Origin: Nitrospirota bacterium
GTDB taxonomy: Bacteria; UBA2233
DNA length: 40,235 nucleotides
Direction: 5' to 3'
Assembly: GCA_011620345.1 (NCBI GenBank)
Contig: WOZJ01000010.1
Span: 1 to 40,235 of the forward strand
Shown here: piece after piece, positions 26,562-36,592 of the stretch
Layout of the letters: each line of letters begins with the position of its first letter
How positions within the stretch are numbered: the stretch's first letter is position 1
Made by a program: the position numbers and the translations under genes
Notes under the pieces: model-generated
Database searches by the model: none
What the model was told of the DNA's origin: nothing
The model's input: the letters and a program-made list of their open reading frames with translations, nothing else

Positions 26562-28076
26562 TCATCCGGACCTTTTGGCCTCCAGAAGGAACCGGAAACT
26601 CCCTAGCGCATCCGGCTTTACCCCTTCGATTGAACGGCGATGGACTAGGGTATTCCGAGTATGCCAAAGATGGAGATAGGGAAGGTCTTGAGACAGGATT
26701 TCTTGTACCCGCCAGTACAACTCCCGGCGAACTTCACGCTCGTAACTCGAGCGCGCCTTCAAAAGTAGGCCGTCGAGCAAGGGGTTTGCGTAGAACCCTC
26801 GGTTGTCTCCCGCAGGAGGCACGCTGGAAGAAAAAAACAGCGTCCGATAAATGTCTGGTTCGGTCACTCCGGCCCACGTAAGGATATACATGTCAAACAA
26901 GCCGGACCGCACCTCCTCAAAAAATGCCCCCTCTTCGCGCGTCTGAATCCCCACGTTGACGCCTACATCAAGAAAGGAGCTCCGGAGGGCTTCCGCAAGC
27001 CGAAGCGCCACCTGGTTGCTCGAAACCTTGAGCGTGAGGTTGATGGGGATGGGCACCCCCCTTTTAGGAAAGACCCCTTGCGCCTCCTTGATCAACGCTT
27101 TGGCCTTTTTTGCGTCAAACGGGGGAGCGCCAATTTTAGGGTGCCGGGCCCAATGCCCGTTTGGCAGGAGAGAATCGCTCGGCACAACCATCCCCTTGTA
27201 GAGCGATTTGGCCAGTTTTTCCCGGTCGATCGCAAGGTTTAGCGCCTGACGAACGCGGATATCCGAAAGATAAGGGTTATGGAGGTTTAAGGCGATGTAG
27301 GTGAACGACGAGCCCGGAGTTTGAGACACGGCCAGCCCCGTGTCTTCTTGAAAGAAGGGAAGAAGGTCTGGGGTAAAACCGTTTTGGATGATATCTATGG
27401 AACCCTTCTTAAGCTCGAGCACCCGTTCGGATTCATCGGGAACGAGCTTGAACACCACCCTCTCGAGTGACGGATGCTTGCCGAACCATCTTGGGTTTTC
27501 CTTCAGAACGATCCGCTGGTTTTCGACGACCTCCTTAATCTCATAAGGGCCGGAGGCCAGTCTTGGACCCCCTTCGGGGAGCTTTTTGGAAATCCCAAGC
27601 GTAGCGAGCATAAAAAACGGGGCGAACGGCTCCTTGAGCTTAAATACAACGCGCCTACGATCCGTCGCCTCGACGCTCTGCATGATTGCGTACGCCCCCT
27701 TCAGGAAGGAAGTGGAGCTAGGGCTTAGGATTTCTTGGTAGGCCGAAACAATGTCCGAAGCCGTAAGCGCAGACCCGTCCGAGAAGACAAGATTATCTTT
27801 GAGCGTGAATACAAACGTGGTCTTGTCTTGCATGACAACGCTTTCTGCAAGCTCGTTCGAAAACGACCCGTCGGGATTGAGGGAAAGCAAGGATGCGAAA
27901 CAAAGATGTTGAATCCTTTGGGAGTTTGCATCCAACCCATAGGGGGGCTCAAGGCTGCCTGGAAACTCCTCAAGCCCAACGATCGCGCTGTTCCTCGAAA
28001 GGTCAAGGCTTCCCCCACAGCCTGCAAGGCCAAGCAGAAGAGGTATACAGAGAAATAAGAAGGCTCTAAGCGCCAT
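26562..28076 (-). CDS. ABC transporter family-5 (peptide/nickel) substrate-binding lipoprotein
   Basis: Lipobox LAGC; FSDGSALTASD, SGPYEI, VRQALNLAIDR, GDNRGFY. Confidence 0.92.
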   Translation of the reverse strand: MALRAFLFLCIPLLLGLAGCGGSLDLSRNSAIVGLEEFPGSLEPPYGLDANSQRIQHLCFASLLSLNPDGSFSNELAESVVMQDKTTFVFTLKDNLVFSDGSALTASDIVSAYQEILSPSSTSFLKGAYAIMQSVEATDRRRVVFKLKEPFAPFFMLATLGISKKLPEGGPRLASGPYEIKEVVENQRIVLKENPRWFGKHPSLERVVFKLVPDESERVLELKKGSIDIIQNGFTPDLLPFFQEDTGLAVSQTPGSSFTYIALNLHNPYLSDIRVRQALNLAIDREKLAKSLYKGMVVPSDSLLPNGHWARHPKIGAPPFDAKKAKALIKEAQGVFPKRGVPIPINLTLKVSSNQVALRLAEALRSSFLDVGVNVGIQTREEGAFFEEVRSGLFDMYILTWAGVTEPDIYRTLFFSSSVPPAGDNRGFYANPLLDGLLLKARSSYEREVRRELYWRVQEILSQDLPYLHLWHTRNTLVHRRSIEGVKPDALGSFRFLLEAKRSG

Positions 28077-29556
28077 GGTCGTCTTCTACGACCTTGCTAA
28101 GCACCTCGCCATCGGCAAACCGCGTCAGGAGCATTCCCTTCTGAATAGCCTCCTTACTGTTGACGATGGGCAGCTTCGTTGTCGGGTCGAGCGTGAGGGT
28201 AAACCCCCGCTTTAGCCATCGCCCAAAATCATGGAGGGCAACGCGCCCCTCCAGGCTTGCAAGCAAGGCATGAAGCTGGCCTAACTCGGCTTTCGATGTT
28301 TGAATGACCCTGTTTTGGAGCATACGAAATTCTCTTTCAAGCCCCTCCCTTCGGTAGGGAAGCGTCAAGAGAAAGTGCTGATGCATAAGGTCCAATCGGG
28401 TCGAAGAAGCAGTAATCGCCTTTTTTGAGGCGTTCGAAAAAGCATGGCAGACATCCCAAAGCCTACGGACCTGCCTTTGGCAAAGCTCGGCCGAAGCGGC
28501 CGAGGAGAGCGTTTGAGCCAGCCGGCCGATCTTGGCTTCATGCAGGCGGGTGTTTCTGAGCAACACGCCCTGGATCTTGTAAGGGAGCGGAGCCAGGCGG
28601 GCGTGCTCTCTGGACATGCTCCGCTTGGTTGCGGCGGAAAGCGCTTCCGCCGCTTCCTTGATCGCACGGCTTGCCTCAAAAAGCCTTGTGAGGATTTGGT
28701 TTGCAGCCTCTGTCGGGGTTTTTACGGCCGTATGGGCTACAACGTCCAAGACCCCCTTGTCGATCTCGTGTCCAATGCCCAATACCACCGGGATCGGGCA
28801 GAGCGCCACGGCCCTGGCCAAGTCTATATCGTCGAACCAGTGCAGGTCCGCTACCGCCCCTCCTCCTCGGACGATGGCGGCCACGTCGTAGGGATTCTTG
28901 GCATGATCGAGGGCGATTGCCTTCAAGGCGAGCAGGACGGAGGCCTTTGTCTGCCTTCCTTGCATGAGCGCCTCGTACAACACGACCTTAATAGGAAAGG
29001 CGGGTTCGACTTGCATGAGCTGGCTCAGAAAATCATGAAACCCAGCCGCCTGGCGCGAGGTAACCACGGCAATCCTAAGCGGCACGACGGGAAACGGCAG
29101 GGTCTTGTTTTGGCCCAGAATGCCCTCTTTCTCGAGCGCAGCGAGGACTTCCCTTTTTTTCTTGACCATCTGGCCGATGCTGTAATCCGGGTTTAGCGCC
29201 TCTACGACGAGCGTGAACCCGTAAACCGGATGGAGGTTGACGTGCACCTTGAGCATGAGCGCAATGCCTGCATTAAGCGACATGCCCGTGGCTGCAGAAA
29301 ACCGCTCTTCAAGCCAGCCCGCATTCTGCCTGTAGGCTATCGCCTGGCATTTTGCTCGAACCCCCCCCTCTGCATCGTCGCGCTCGACTAGCTCTAGGTA
29401 GAGATGGCCATTTTTACGATTCAATCGGCCGATCTCCGCGAGAACCCAGTAGCCCTCCGGGAATACCTCTTCGAGCCCTTCCTTGATGAGGCAAAGGAGC
29501 TCTCGAAGCCCGTAGGCCTTAAGGCCCGGCATTTCTGTGGGTTGAGAAAAAAGCAT
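28066..29556 (-). CDS. xseA: Exodeoxyribonuclease VII large subunit
   Basis: GHLYLELVE, RIAVVTS, IVRGGG, GIGHEID, KTPT; ATG at 29556. Confidence 0.93.
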   Translation of the reverse strand: MLFSQPTEMPGLKAYGLRELLCLIKEGLEEVFPEGYWVLAEIGRLNRKNGHLYLELVERDDAEGGVRAKCQAIAYRQNAGWLEERFSAATGMSLNAGIALMLKVHVNLHPVYGFTLVVEALNPDYSIGQMVKKKREVLAALEKEGILGQNKTLPFPVVPLRIAVVTSRQAAGFHDFLSQLMQVEPAFPIKVVLYEALMQGRQTKASVLLALKAIALDHAKNPYDVAAIVRGGGAVADLHWFDDIDLARAVALCPIPVVLGIGHEIDKGVLDVVAHTAVKTPTEAANQILTRLFEASRAIKEAAEALSAATKRSMSREHARLAPLPYKIQGVLLRNTRLHEAKIGRLAQTLSSAASAELCQRQVRRLWDVCHAFSNASKKAITASSTRLDLMHQHFLLTLPYRREGLEREFRMLQNRVIQTSKAELGQLHALLASLEGRVALHDFGRWLKRGFTLTLDPTTKLPIVNSKEAIQKGMLLTRFADGEVLSKVVEDDHGA

Positions 29557-29663
29557 GTCCCAGCCTTCTCGCTCGGTTATAATATTTTCGTCAAAAAGTG
29601 TGGCACACTGAGTACCTAAAGTATAGAAGCTTTGGCAAAGAGAAGGAAGGACGGGCGGCGAAC

Positions 29664-30311
29664 ATGCAGGCCTTCCCGTTGCACATCCAAGGGCTGAGTT
29701 ATACCTACCCGGGCGAAAACAAAGCCGCATTGCGGGACGTTTCGCTGGAAGTAAATTCCAGAGACCTCGTTCACCTATGGGGCGCCTCTGGAACAGGAAA
29801 GTCTACGCTTCTAAAACTCGCTGTCCGGCTTCTTGTCCCTCCCAAGGGGTGCATTTTCTTTGACGGTCGTGACATCGTAGAGTTACCGATCAAGATGCTG
29901 CGAAGCCAGGTCAAGCTTATGCTCACCCCTCCCGCCTTCTTTGACCTCACCGTCAAGGAAAATCTAGAGATGGTCAGCCGTGGCCATGCTTCGGGCTTAA
30001 GACGAGCGTTTTCAGCCCTTAGGCTTCCTTGGGCTTATCTCGAAAAAAGGGCCTCGGAGCTTTCCTACGGAGAGCAGCAGCGGGTCAACCTGGTACGAGT
30101 ACTCCTCGCTGGGCCTAGACTGCTACTTTTGGACGAGCCAACCCAGGGAATGGACGCCGCGCTGGTAGAAGACGTGTTCGTCTTTCTTCGAGAGCTCTGC
30201 CAAAAGGACGGCCTCGGGGTCCTTCTGGCGGCGCATGCGAATGCTCCGGGGGACATAGCCTCGGACAAGACGTACCGTAGGGTTGAGCTTCAGGGCCTAA
30301 GCCGGCCCTGA
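29664..30311 (+). CDS. ABC ATP-binding protein (FetA/YbbL-like), stand-alone
   Basis: GASGTGKST, LSYGEQQR, LLLDEPT, H-loop; Q-loop Gln absent. Confidence 0.85.
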   Translation: MQAFPLHIQGLSYTYPGENKAALRDVSLEVNSRDLVHLWGASGTGKSTLLKLAVRLLVPPKGCIFFDGRDIVELPIKMLRSQVKLMLTPPAFFDLTVKENLEMVSRGHASGLRRAFSALRLPWAYLEKRASELSYGEQQRVNLVRVLLAGPRLLLLDEPTQGMDAALVEDVFVFLRELCQKDGLGVLLAAHANAPGDIASDKTYRRVELQGLSRP

Positions 30312-30740
30312 AGAAGCGAAGTAAGCCTTAAGAATTGACGCGGCAGCAAGGGCATGCTCCTTGGTTTTGCCGGCTTCCTTTTTTTTGGCCGAACGGCCTC
30401 TCGAAAGATCCCTAAGGATAGATGAGGCCTCAAAACTTGTGAGCGCCTCGTCCCAGAGGCATACCCTCAGCCCGCACTCCTTGGCAAGAAGCTCGGCAAA
30501 GGCCTCAACAAAGGGCTTAAGTTCGTGCTCCACGTTGGCCGCCATGCCCGGGCATCCAACCACGACACGCGAGATGGGGTAATCCTTTAGGATGTCGAGC
30601 GTCACGAGGACAGGGTTCCCCTCCCTTTTTGTATCCACCCCTTTTATTGGAACGATAAGGTCGGCCGAGTAGGCCAGCGCAAACCCTAGGTACCGTAGGC
30701 CGAAATCGACTCCAAGGGTAAGGTTGGATGGACTATTCAT
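30297..30740 (-). CDS. ruvX: YqgF/RuvX-family nuclease
   Basis: LGVDFG, VVVGCP, WDEALTS, AA..IL..Y. Confidence 0.9.
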   Translation of the reverse strand: MNSPSNLTLGVDFGLRYLGFALAYSADLIVPIKGVDTKREGNPVLVTLDILKDYPISRVVVGCPGMAANVEHELKPFVEAFAELLAKECGLRVCLWDEALTSFEASSILRDLSRGRSAKKKEAGKTKEHALAAASILKAYFASSGPA

Positions 30741-31048
30741 CGTAACGTCCTTTGCGATAACTCTTTCTTAATCTCTTTATCCCGCCTTTTTCGACCGAAA
30801 CATTCCGTACAATGCAGTATATGGCGCTTGCTGGGTTGAGCTTTGATAGATAAAAAGGAGCCTCTTTATGCTCATCCCTACTCATGCCAGGAGGGGTTGC
30901 CAAAGCGATGGAAAGTATGATTTTATTGAAAGGCTTTTTGGTATTGGGAATGGGACAAGGGTGCCTCCCCTGTTCTCGCTCTTAAGATGAAGAGAAAACC
31001 GAAGGAACGCAAGGTTCTCATCCATCAGCGCTCCTTGGAGGAAGTTTT

Positions 31049-32353
31049 ATGCCAAAGCCCGCTCCTTCTTCAAGGCTACGCAAACTATTCACAAATGTAT
31101 CTCTTCCTATCATGGTGACACTTGGCTTTAGCCTCTTGCAAGTCACCCTTCCGGCGTTCAAGCCCGCATCCCCAGTCGAGGGATTTCAAAGCGCACAAAA
31201 GAAAGGAAAATCCTTGATACCATCGCAAAAATCCTTCGAGGAGGTCGCCCGGCTTACGGCGTTTTCGGACAAACCCAAGCAGCAGCAGTTTAAATCAGAG
31301 ACCCTTACCGTTGCGCTAAAGACCTACAAGGTTCCTCCTTCATTGGCAAACGAGGCCATAGAAGTTCTCAACCAACGGGGTGCTCGGAACAAGTCCACCA
31401 CGATCTACGCTTCTATGACAGGAGAGCTCAAGCGGCTTGAATGCTATCTAAAAGACCGCTCAAGGCTGATAATTTTCAAAAGCGGAAAATCCTACCAGCT
31501 CTACCACGAGCCCAGCAAGCACTACGCGTTCATCCAAACGATTTCCGGCACGCTCCAATCGAGCTTCTACGATTCCGCGCTCGCTTTAGGCGTAAGCCCG
31601 GAAGTCGTGTTCGAGGTCACGCACGTCCTCCAGGGCATGGTCGACTTTCGCAAGGATATCCGTGCCGGCGACAGCTTCAGCCTGTTAATAGAACGCTCCG
31701 GCATCGATAACGAGCGACTACTAGGAGCCAGGTTGCGCCTGAACACAAAAACCATTGAAATATACGCATTCGTCCCCCAAGACGGAGAAGGGGCTTATTT
31801 TACGAAAGACGGCAAGTCGTTTGCTACGGGGTTTCTCGCACGGCCCGTTCTTAACGGCCGTATCACCTCACGGTTTTCAATGCGGCGGCTACATCCCGTG
31901 CTCGGCTACGTCCGGCCTCACTATGGAGTGGATTACGCCGCCCCTTACGGGACGAAGGTTGTGGCCATCGGACCCGGGAAGGTTGCCTATGTAGGCTACA
32001 AAGGGGGATTTGGGAGGCTTGTCGAAATCTACCACCCTGAGTTCGGGTTCGTATCCCAGTATGGCCATCTGAGTAGGTATGCCGCAAGCACCAAGGTAGG
32101 GGTCCACGTCTCGGCCGGCGAGACGATAGGCTATGTGGGCACATCCGGGATCACGACGGGTCCACACGTCCATTTCGGCATCAAGAAGAGCGGCAGCTAC
32201 CTAAACCCAGAGCGGATCAGCTTCCCTAGGTTTGCTACATTGAACACGACCGATAAAACTAGGTTCCAGAGGTACGTTTCTAAGCTCCGTCCGTTGTTCG
32301 AAGAGCAAGAGATGGGCGTTGTCATGGTTTCGCTGCCAGAGGCTGCCGGTTAA
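31049..32353 (+). CDS. M23 peptidoglycan DD-endopeptidase (MepM-like)
   Basis: DFRKDIRAGD, ITSRF..RRLHPV, HYGVD, YGHL, TGPHVH; N-terminal hydrophobic segment; GGAGG RBS. Confidence 0.93.
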   Translation: MPKPAPSSRLRKLFTNVSLPIMVTLGFSLLQVTLPAFKPASPVEGFQSAQKKGKSLIPSQKSFEEVARLTAFSDKPKQQQFKSETLTVALKTYKVPPSLANEAIEVLNQRGARNKSTTIYASMTGELKRLECYLKDRSRLIIFKSGKSYQLYHEPSKHYAFIQTISGTLQSSFYDSALALGVSPEVVFEVTHVLQGMVDFRKDIRAGDSFSLLIERSGIDNERLLGARLRLNTKTIEIYAFVPQDGEGAYFTKDGKSFATGFLARPVLNGRITSRFSMRRLHPVLGYVRPHYGVDYAAPYGTKVVAIGPGKVAYVGYKGGFGRLVEIYHPEFGFVSQYGHLSRYAASTKVGVHVSAGETIGYVGTSGITTGPHVHFGIKKSGSYLNPERISFPRFATLNTTDKTRFQRYVSKLRPLFEEQEMGVVMVSLPEAAG

Positions 32354-32375
32354 CGACCATTTTCTTGTTAACCCG

Positions 32376-33173
32376 TTAGCCCCGCAAGCCCATCAAGAGG
32401 ATTGCTCCTCCCAAGAAAATCCTGTAGTAACCGAATGGGCGGAAGGAATGGCTCTTGACGTAACTTACCAACGCGCTTGCAGCAACGAGCGCCGAGGCGA
32501 ACGCCGCCAGAAACCCTAGACCTAGGCTTGCGGCTTCCTTTACACCAACCCCAGAAGCGTTCATGAGGAGGTCGAACAAGCAGGCGGCCGCCATTGTAGG
32601 AATGGCCAAAAGGAACGAAAACTCGAGCGCCGCCCCTCTCGATAACCCAACAGCCATTCCGCCGAGGATCGTTGCCGCCGCGCGGGACACGCCGGGGATC
32701 AACGCAAGCGTCTGACAAAACCCGATGCCCAAGGCTTGAGAAGGCTTAAGGGCCTCGAGGTCCGAAATGCCCCCCCTTCTTGCAAGGGGGCTTGCCTCGA
32801 ACGCCAAAATGGCCACCCCGCCCAAGACGAGCGCCGAGCAAACCCATAAAGGGGAGAACAGGTACGCCTTAATCCAGCGGTGGGCTACAAGACCCACTAC
32901 GCCGCTCGGTACAAAGCCTAGCAAAAGGTTCACGGCCAGGAGTTGGCTTTTTGGATCCTTTCGGATCGAGCCGGCCGCCTTGAGGATGCGGCCCCGAAAC
33001 AGCCAAACCACCGAGAGAATCGCTCCAAGCTGGATGAACACTTCAAAGAGCTTTGCGAAGCCTCCACGAAACCCCAGCCACTCTCCAGCAAGGATCAAGT
33101 GCGCGGTCGAAGAGATGGGCAGGAATTCTGTAAGCCCCTCGAGGACGCCTAAAATCAGTGCATCCTTGAACAC
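32376..33173 (-). CDS. uppP: Undecaprenyl-diphosphatase
   Basis: EGLTEFLPISSTAH, IQLGAIL, PGVSR, FSFLLAIP, FGYYR. Confidence 0.96.
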   Translation of the reverse strand: MFKDALILGVLEGLTEFLPISSTAHLILAGEWLGFRGGFAKLFEVFIQLGAILSVVWLFRGRILKAAGSIRKDPKSQLLAVNLLLGFVPSGVVGLVAHRWIKAYLFSPLWVCSALVLGGVAILAFEASPLARRGGISDLEALKPSQALGIGFCQTLALIPGVSRAAATILGGMAVGLSRGAALEFSFLLAIPTMAAACLFDLLMNASGVGVKEAASLGLGFLAAFASALVAASALVSYVKSHSFRPFGYYRIFLGGAILLMGLRG

Positions 33174-33200
33174 TCTCTAAGCACCCCCGTTTGTTGTTTC

Positions 33201-33229
33201 TTGATCAAGCCCTTTATTTGCTATAAACT
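33201..33229 (+). promoter_or_regulatory. Candidate sigma70 promoter for minCDE
   Basis: TTGATC-17 nt-TAAACT. Confidence 0.5.
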
Positions 33230-33279
33230 ACCGGTGGGCCTATTTTAATATATCTTCATGAAACATGTTTGGATAGCCC

Positions 33280-33957
33280 TTGGAGGATGCGCTGACGGGT
33301 CTACGCGTAACCTCGAAGAAAGGATCGGTCACGCTTGAGTTGGGCGATGCCGAACCTTTGGATGGGTTGTTTGCACATTTTTCCGACAAGGGGTTATCGC
33401 TCCCTGCGGGTTGTGCAGTAATCATAGATGCTGGCGCTCGGCCTTTGGCCGCAAGCGAGCTCGAAAGGTTGTTTGGCCTGCTCGCTGCCCGACGTCTCTA
33501 CCCTAAGGCCATCCGTTCGACATCCACGCTCACGCTCGAAGCGGCCAAAAGGCTTGGCTTTTACGAGCGTACAGAACGGGACAACACGGCTAAGGTTGTC
33601 CATGGCCTGTTGCGTTCGGGCGACGTCCTCGAAGAAGATAGGTCCATCGTTTTTTTGGGCGACGTTAACCCGGGCGGCGAGATTATTTCGGCCCAAGACG
33701 TTTTCGTTTTGGGAAGCCTAAGGGGAAACGTTTGGGCGGGGAAAGGGCAAGGGGCCGATTCCAAGGCGCTTGTTTACGCCCTTGCGTTCTCCCCTCTCCT
33801 TATAAGGATCGGCCCACTGCTCGCCAGGTCCGAGGATGGACCCCGCCCATCGAAACCCAGGAAAACAAAAAGCCCAGAAATTGCGCTCATTCGAGATGGA
33901 CTCATCGAAGTCGTCGAACATTCGGGGGATATGGCAGCATGGCTAGAGCGATCGTAG
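33280..33957 (+). CDS. minC: Septum site-determining protein MinC
   Basis: LRSG, GDVNPGGEI, GSLRG.VWAG; first gene of minCDE. Confidence 0.92.
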   Translation: MEDALTGLRVTSKKGSVTLELGDAEPLDGLFAHFSDKGLSLPAGCAVIIDAGARPLAASELERLFGLLAARRLYPKAIRSTSTLTLEAAKRLGFYERTERDNTAKVVHGLLRSGDVLEEDRSIVFLGDVNPGGEIISAQDVFVLGSLRGNVWAGKGQGADSKALVYALAFSPLLIRIGPLLARSEDGPRPSKPRKTKSPEIALIRDGLIEVVEHSGDMAAWLERS

Positions 33958-34721
33958 TTACTTCGGGAAAAGGTGGGGTAGGCAAGACTACCGTAACGGC
34001 CAACATCGGGGCAGCGCTTGCCTTAAGGGAGCGAAAGGTGGCACTTATAGACACGGATATCGGCCTACGGAACCTTGATGTTGTGATGGGGCTAGAAAAT
34101 CGGGTCGTCTACCACCTTTTGGACGTAGTGAAGGGCACCTGTCATCTAGATCAAGCGCTCGTCAGAGACAAGCGGCTCCAGGGGCTCTATATGCTGGCTG
34201 CCTCGCAGCACCATCTCAAAGAGGATTTAAGACAGGAAGATATCAAAGAGGTTGTCCGAAAGCTGTCCGAAGACGGGTTCGATTACGTCCTCCTAGACAG
34301 CCCAGCGGGAATCGAAGCGGGCTTCCGGAACGCTGCTTCTGCCGCCAGCGAGGCGATCGTTGTGACCAACCCCGAAGTGAGCGCTATTCGCGATGCCGAC
34401 AGGGTCATAGGACTACTTAGCTCGATGGGGGTTCCGTGCAAGCTCGTACTGAACCGTTACGACAGGTCTCAGGCCAGGACGGGCCGCATGCTCGAAAGCG
34501 AGGACGTCAAAGAAATTTTGGGTGTCGAGCTCTTGGGGATCGTCCCGGAAGATCGAGAGGTGCTCGGCGCCTCCAACGTAGGTGTCCCTGTTTCCCTGAA
34601 CGGCAAAGGAAGGGCAAAAAAAGCATTTGCCCTTATCGCAGGCCGCATTGAAGGGGAACAGACGGAAGATACCACGGAAGGCAAGGGAATCTGGAACCGG
34701 ATCAAGGAGCTTTTGTCATGA
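33939..34721 (+). CDS. minD: Septum site-determining ATPase MinD
   Basis: TSGKGGVGKTT, DIGLRNLD, DSPAGIE, DADR, C-terminal amphipathic helix IWNRIKELL. Confidence 0.97.
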   Translation: MARAIVVTSGKGGVGKTTVTANIGAALALRERKVALIDTDIGLRNLDVVMGLENRVVYHLLDVVKGTCHLDQALVRDKRLQGLYMLAASQHHLKEDLRQEDIKEVVRKLSEDGFDYVLLDSPAGIEAGFRNAASAASEAIVVTNPEVSAIRDADRVIGLLSSMGVPCKLVLNRYDRSQARTGRMLESEDVKEILGVELLGIVPEDREVLGASNVGVPVSLNGKGRAKKAFALIAGRIEGEQTEDTTEGKGIWNRIKELLS

Positions 34722-34936
34722 AAAGCAAGGACCGCGCAAAAAATCGTCTCAAGCTAATTCTCCTCACCGACCGCCTTAAGCTCTCTCCTGCTCAACTCGA
34801 AGCGATCAAGCTTGAGCTAAGGCAGGTTCTGGCCAAGTACCTTCCCGTGGACATGCAAACGATCGAAGTCCTTCTTGAAAATCACCTAAACGATCCACAG
34901 CTAGTGATCCAGGCGCCGTTGTTCAAGAAGAGTTAG
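34718..34936 (+). CDS. minE: Cell division topological specificity factor MinE
   Basis: [25 protein letters not shown] overlap with minD. Confidence 0.93.
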   Translation: MKSKDRAKNRLKLILLTDRLKLSPAQLEAIKLELRQVLAKYLPVDMQTIEVLLENHLNDPQLVIQAPLFKKS

Positions 34937-35297
34937 CCTCTTCCTCTTTTTTGTAAGCCGCCCTAACGGTCGTATGAAGCCCTCCGCGAACGGAGAAGTC
35001 TGCGGCGACCTCGATCTTTTTTGGCTGAATCGCTCCTACGAGGTCATCGAGAATCTTGTTCGCCACCGCCTCATGAAAGATTCCCTCCTGCCTGTACGAC
35101 CAAAGGTATAGCTTGAGCGATTTGAGCTCGACAATCCAGGCATCCGGCACGTAGACGATCACGATCGTGGCAAAATCGGGCTGGCCTGTCATCGGGCAAA
35201 CGCAGGTAAACTCTTCGGTTTCGATTCGCACCTCGTAATCCCTGTGAGGCGCCGGATTGGGGACGGCCTTAAGCGTCCCGGAAGGGGCAGATGACAC
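34923..35297 (-). CDS. queF: NADPH-dependent 7-cyano-7-deazaguanine reductase (unimodular)
   Basis: [28 protein letters not shown]; start GTG 35297 or ATG 35327. Confidence 0.95.
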   Translation of the reverse strand: MSSAPSGTLKAVPNPAPHRDYEVRIETEEFTCVCPMTGQPDFATIVIVYVPDAWIVELKSLKLYLWSYRQEGIFHEAVANKILDDLVGAIQPKKIEVAADFSVRGGLHTTVRAAYKKEEEANSS

Positions 35298-35299
35298 CC

Positions 35300-36592
35300 T
35301 TAGGCCGAGGTCGTATGAAAGGGGCATTTAAACTGCGCCGAGGAGCCCAGTTCCTTTTCGATCGCAAGGAGCCTGTTGTACTTGGCCACCCTCTCTCCCC
35401 TGCTCGGCGCTCCGGTCTTGATGAACCCGGTCTCCAGGCCGACGGCCAAGTCCGCGATGAATGAATCCTGCGTTTCGCCGCTCCTGTGCGAAATGACCGT
35501 TACCATCCCGGTATCCCTGGCAAGACGGATCGCGGCAATTGTCTCCGTGAGCGTTCCTATCTGGTTCGGCTTGATCAAGACGGAATTGGCCGCGTTTAAC
35601 TCGATGCCCATAATGATCCTGTTTAAATTCGTCACGAACAGGTCGTCCCCGACGAGCATCACTTGCTCTCCGAGGGCTTCGGTCAATGCCTGCCAGCCAT
35701 CCCAGTCGTCTTCTGCAAGCCCATCCTCGATCGATACGACCGGGTAGTCCTCGACCCACCCTTGGTACAGCTCCACCAGCTCGGATGCCTGGAATCCCCT
35801 CTTTTCAAGGCGGAGATGATAGGCCCCATCTTTAAAAAGCCCGCTGGCGGCAACGTCCAAGCCGATCGCAATGTCTTTTCCCGCAGAAAGCCCTGCCTTT
35901 GCCACGGCCTCGAGGATTAACTCGATCGCTTCGTTGTTCGAGGATAGTCTGGGGGCAAACCCCCCTTCGTCGCCCACTTGCGTGGAAAGCCCCTTTTCCT
36001 TGAGCGTTGTCTTGAGCGCATGGAACACCTCGGCTCCCCACCTGAGCGCCTCTGAGAAGTTTGGAGCGGAGTGGGGCAGAATCATAAACTCCTGGATATC
36101 CGCCCCTTCCCAGTTCGCATGCTCACCGCCGTTTAAGATATTCATCATGGGGACGGGCATTAGGCTCGTGCTTACCCCTCCAAGATACCTGTACAGCGGT
36201 ACTCCGAGGGCGGAGGCGGCCGCCTTGGCCACTGCCAAGCTCGCCCCCAAGATGGCGTTGGCGCCCAGGTTGGATTTTTGCTCGGTCCCGTCGAGCTCAA
36301 TGAGCGCTTTGTCGATCCGTTCCTGCTCAAGCGCGTTCATCCCGACGAGCGTTTTCCGAATCGGCCCCTCCAAGTTGGAGAGCGCCTTTTGAACCCCCTT
36401 GCCGCCGTACCGTGAGGCTTCATTGTCCCGCAGCTCGTGGGCTTCATGCACCCCTTTGGATGCACCGGATGGAACCCCGGCAACACCGAAGGCTCCGCAC
36501 CCCAGCAAAACGCGAACCTCTAGGGTAGGGTTTCCCCTTGAATCCAGAATTTCACACCCTTCGACCTTGACGATTTCAAGACTCGTTCCCAT
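35300..36592 (-). CDS. eno: Enolase
   Basis: [39 protein letters not shown]. Confidence 0.98.
   Translation of the reverse strand: MGTSLEIVKVEGCEILDSRGNPTLEVRVLLGCGAFGVAGVPSGASKGVHEAHELRDNEASRYGGKGVQKALSNLEGPIRKTLVGMNALEQERIDKALIELDGTEQKSNLGANAILGASLAVAKAAASALGVPLYRYLGGVSTSLMPVPMMNILNGGEHANWEGADIQEFMILPHSAPNFSEALRWGAEVFHALKTTLKEKGLSTQVGDEGGFAPRLSSNNEAIELILEAVAKAGLSAGKDIAIGLDVAASGLFKDGAYHLRLEKRGFQASELVELYQGWVEDYPVVSIEDGLAEDDWDGWQALTEALGEQVMLVGDDLFVTNLNRIIMGIELNAANSVLIKPNQIGTLTETIAAIRLARDTGMVTVISHRSGETQDSFIADLAVGLETGFIKTGAPSRGERVAKYNRLLAIEKELGSSAQFKCPFHTTSA

Noticed and set aside
26260-26667. N-terminal extension of the 338-aa ORF
   Set aside because: It runs through a promoter, the structured element and the upstream gene; the signal peptide starts at 26259
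28444-29196. 250-aa antisense ORF and similar shadow ORFs (e.g. 37228-37860, 17635-18177)
   Set aside because: They lie opposite well-supported genes, have no recognisable motifs, and are expected at this GC content
30986-31022. Hairpin in the M23 peptidase leader with AAACC-GAA-GG-AACGCAA, reminiscent of c-di-GMP-I or glycine riboswitches
   Set aside because: The second stem and conserved downstream motifs are missing, and there is no ydaO consensus; only a modest hairpin is supported
32347-32375. GGTTAAC/GTTAACC inverted repeat between the M23 peptidase and uppP genes
   Set aside because: Weak stem, large loop and no T tract; not supportable as a terminator
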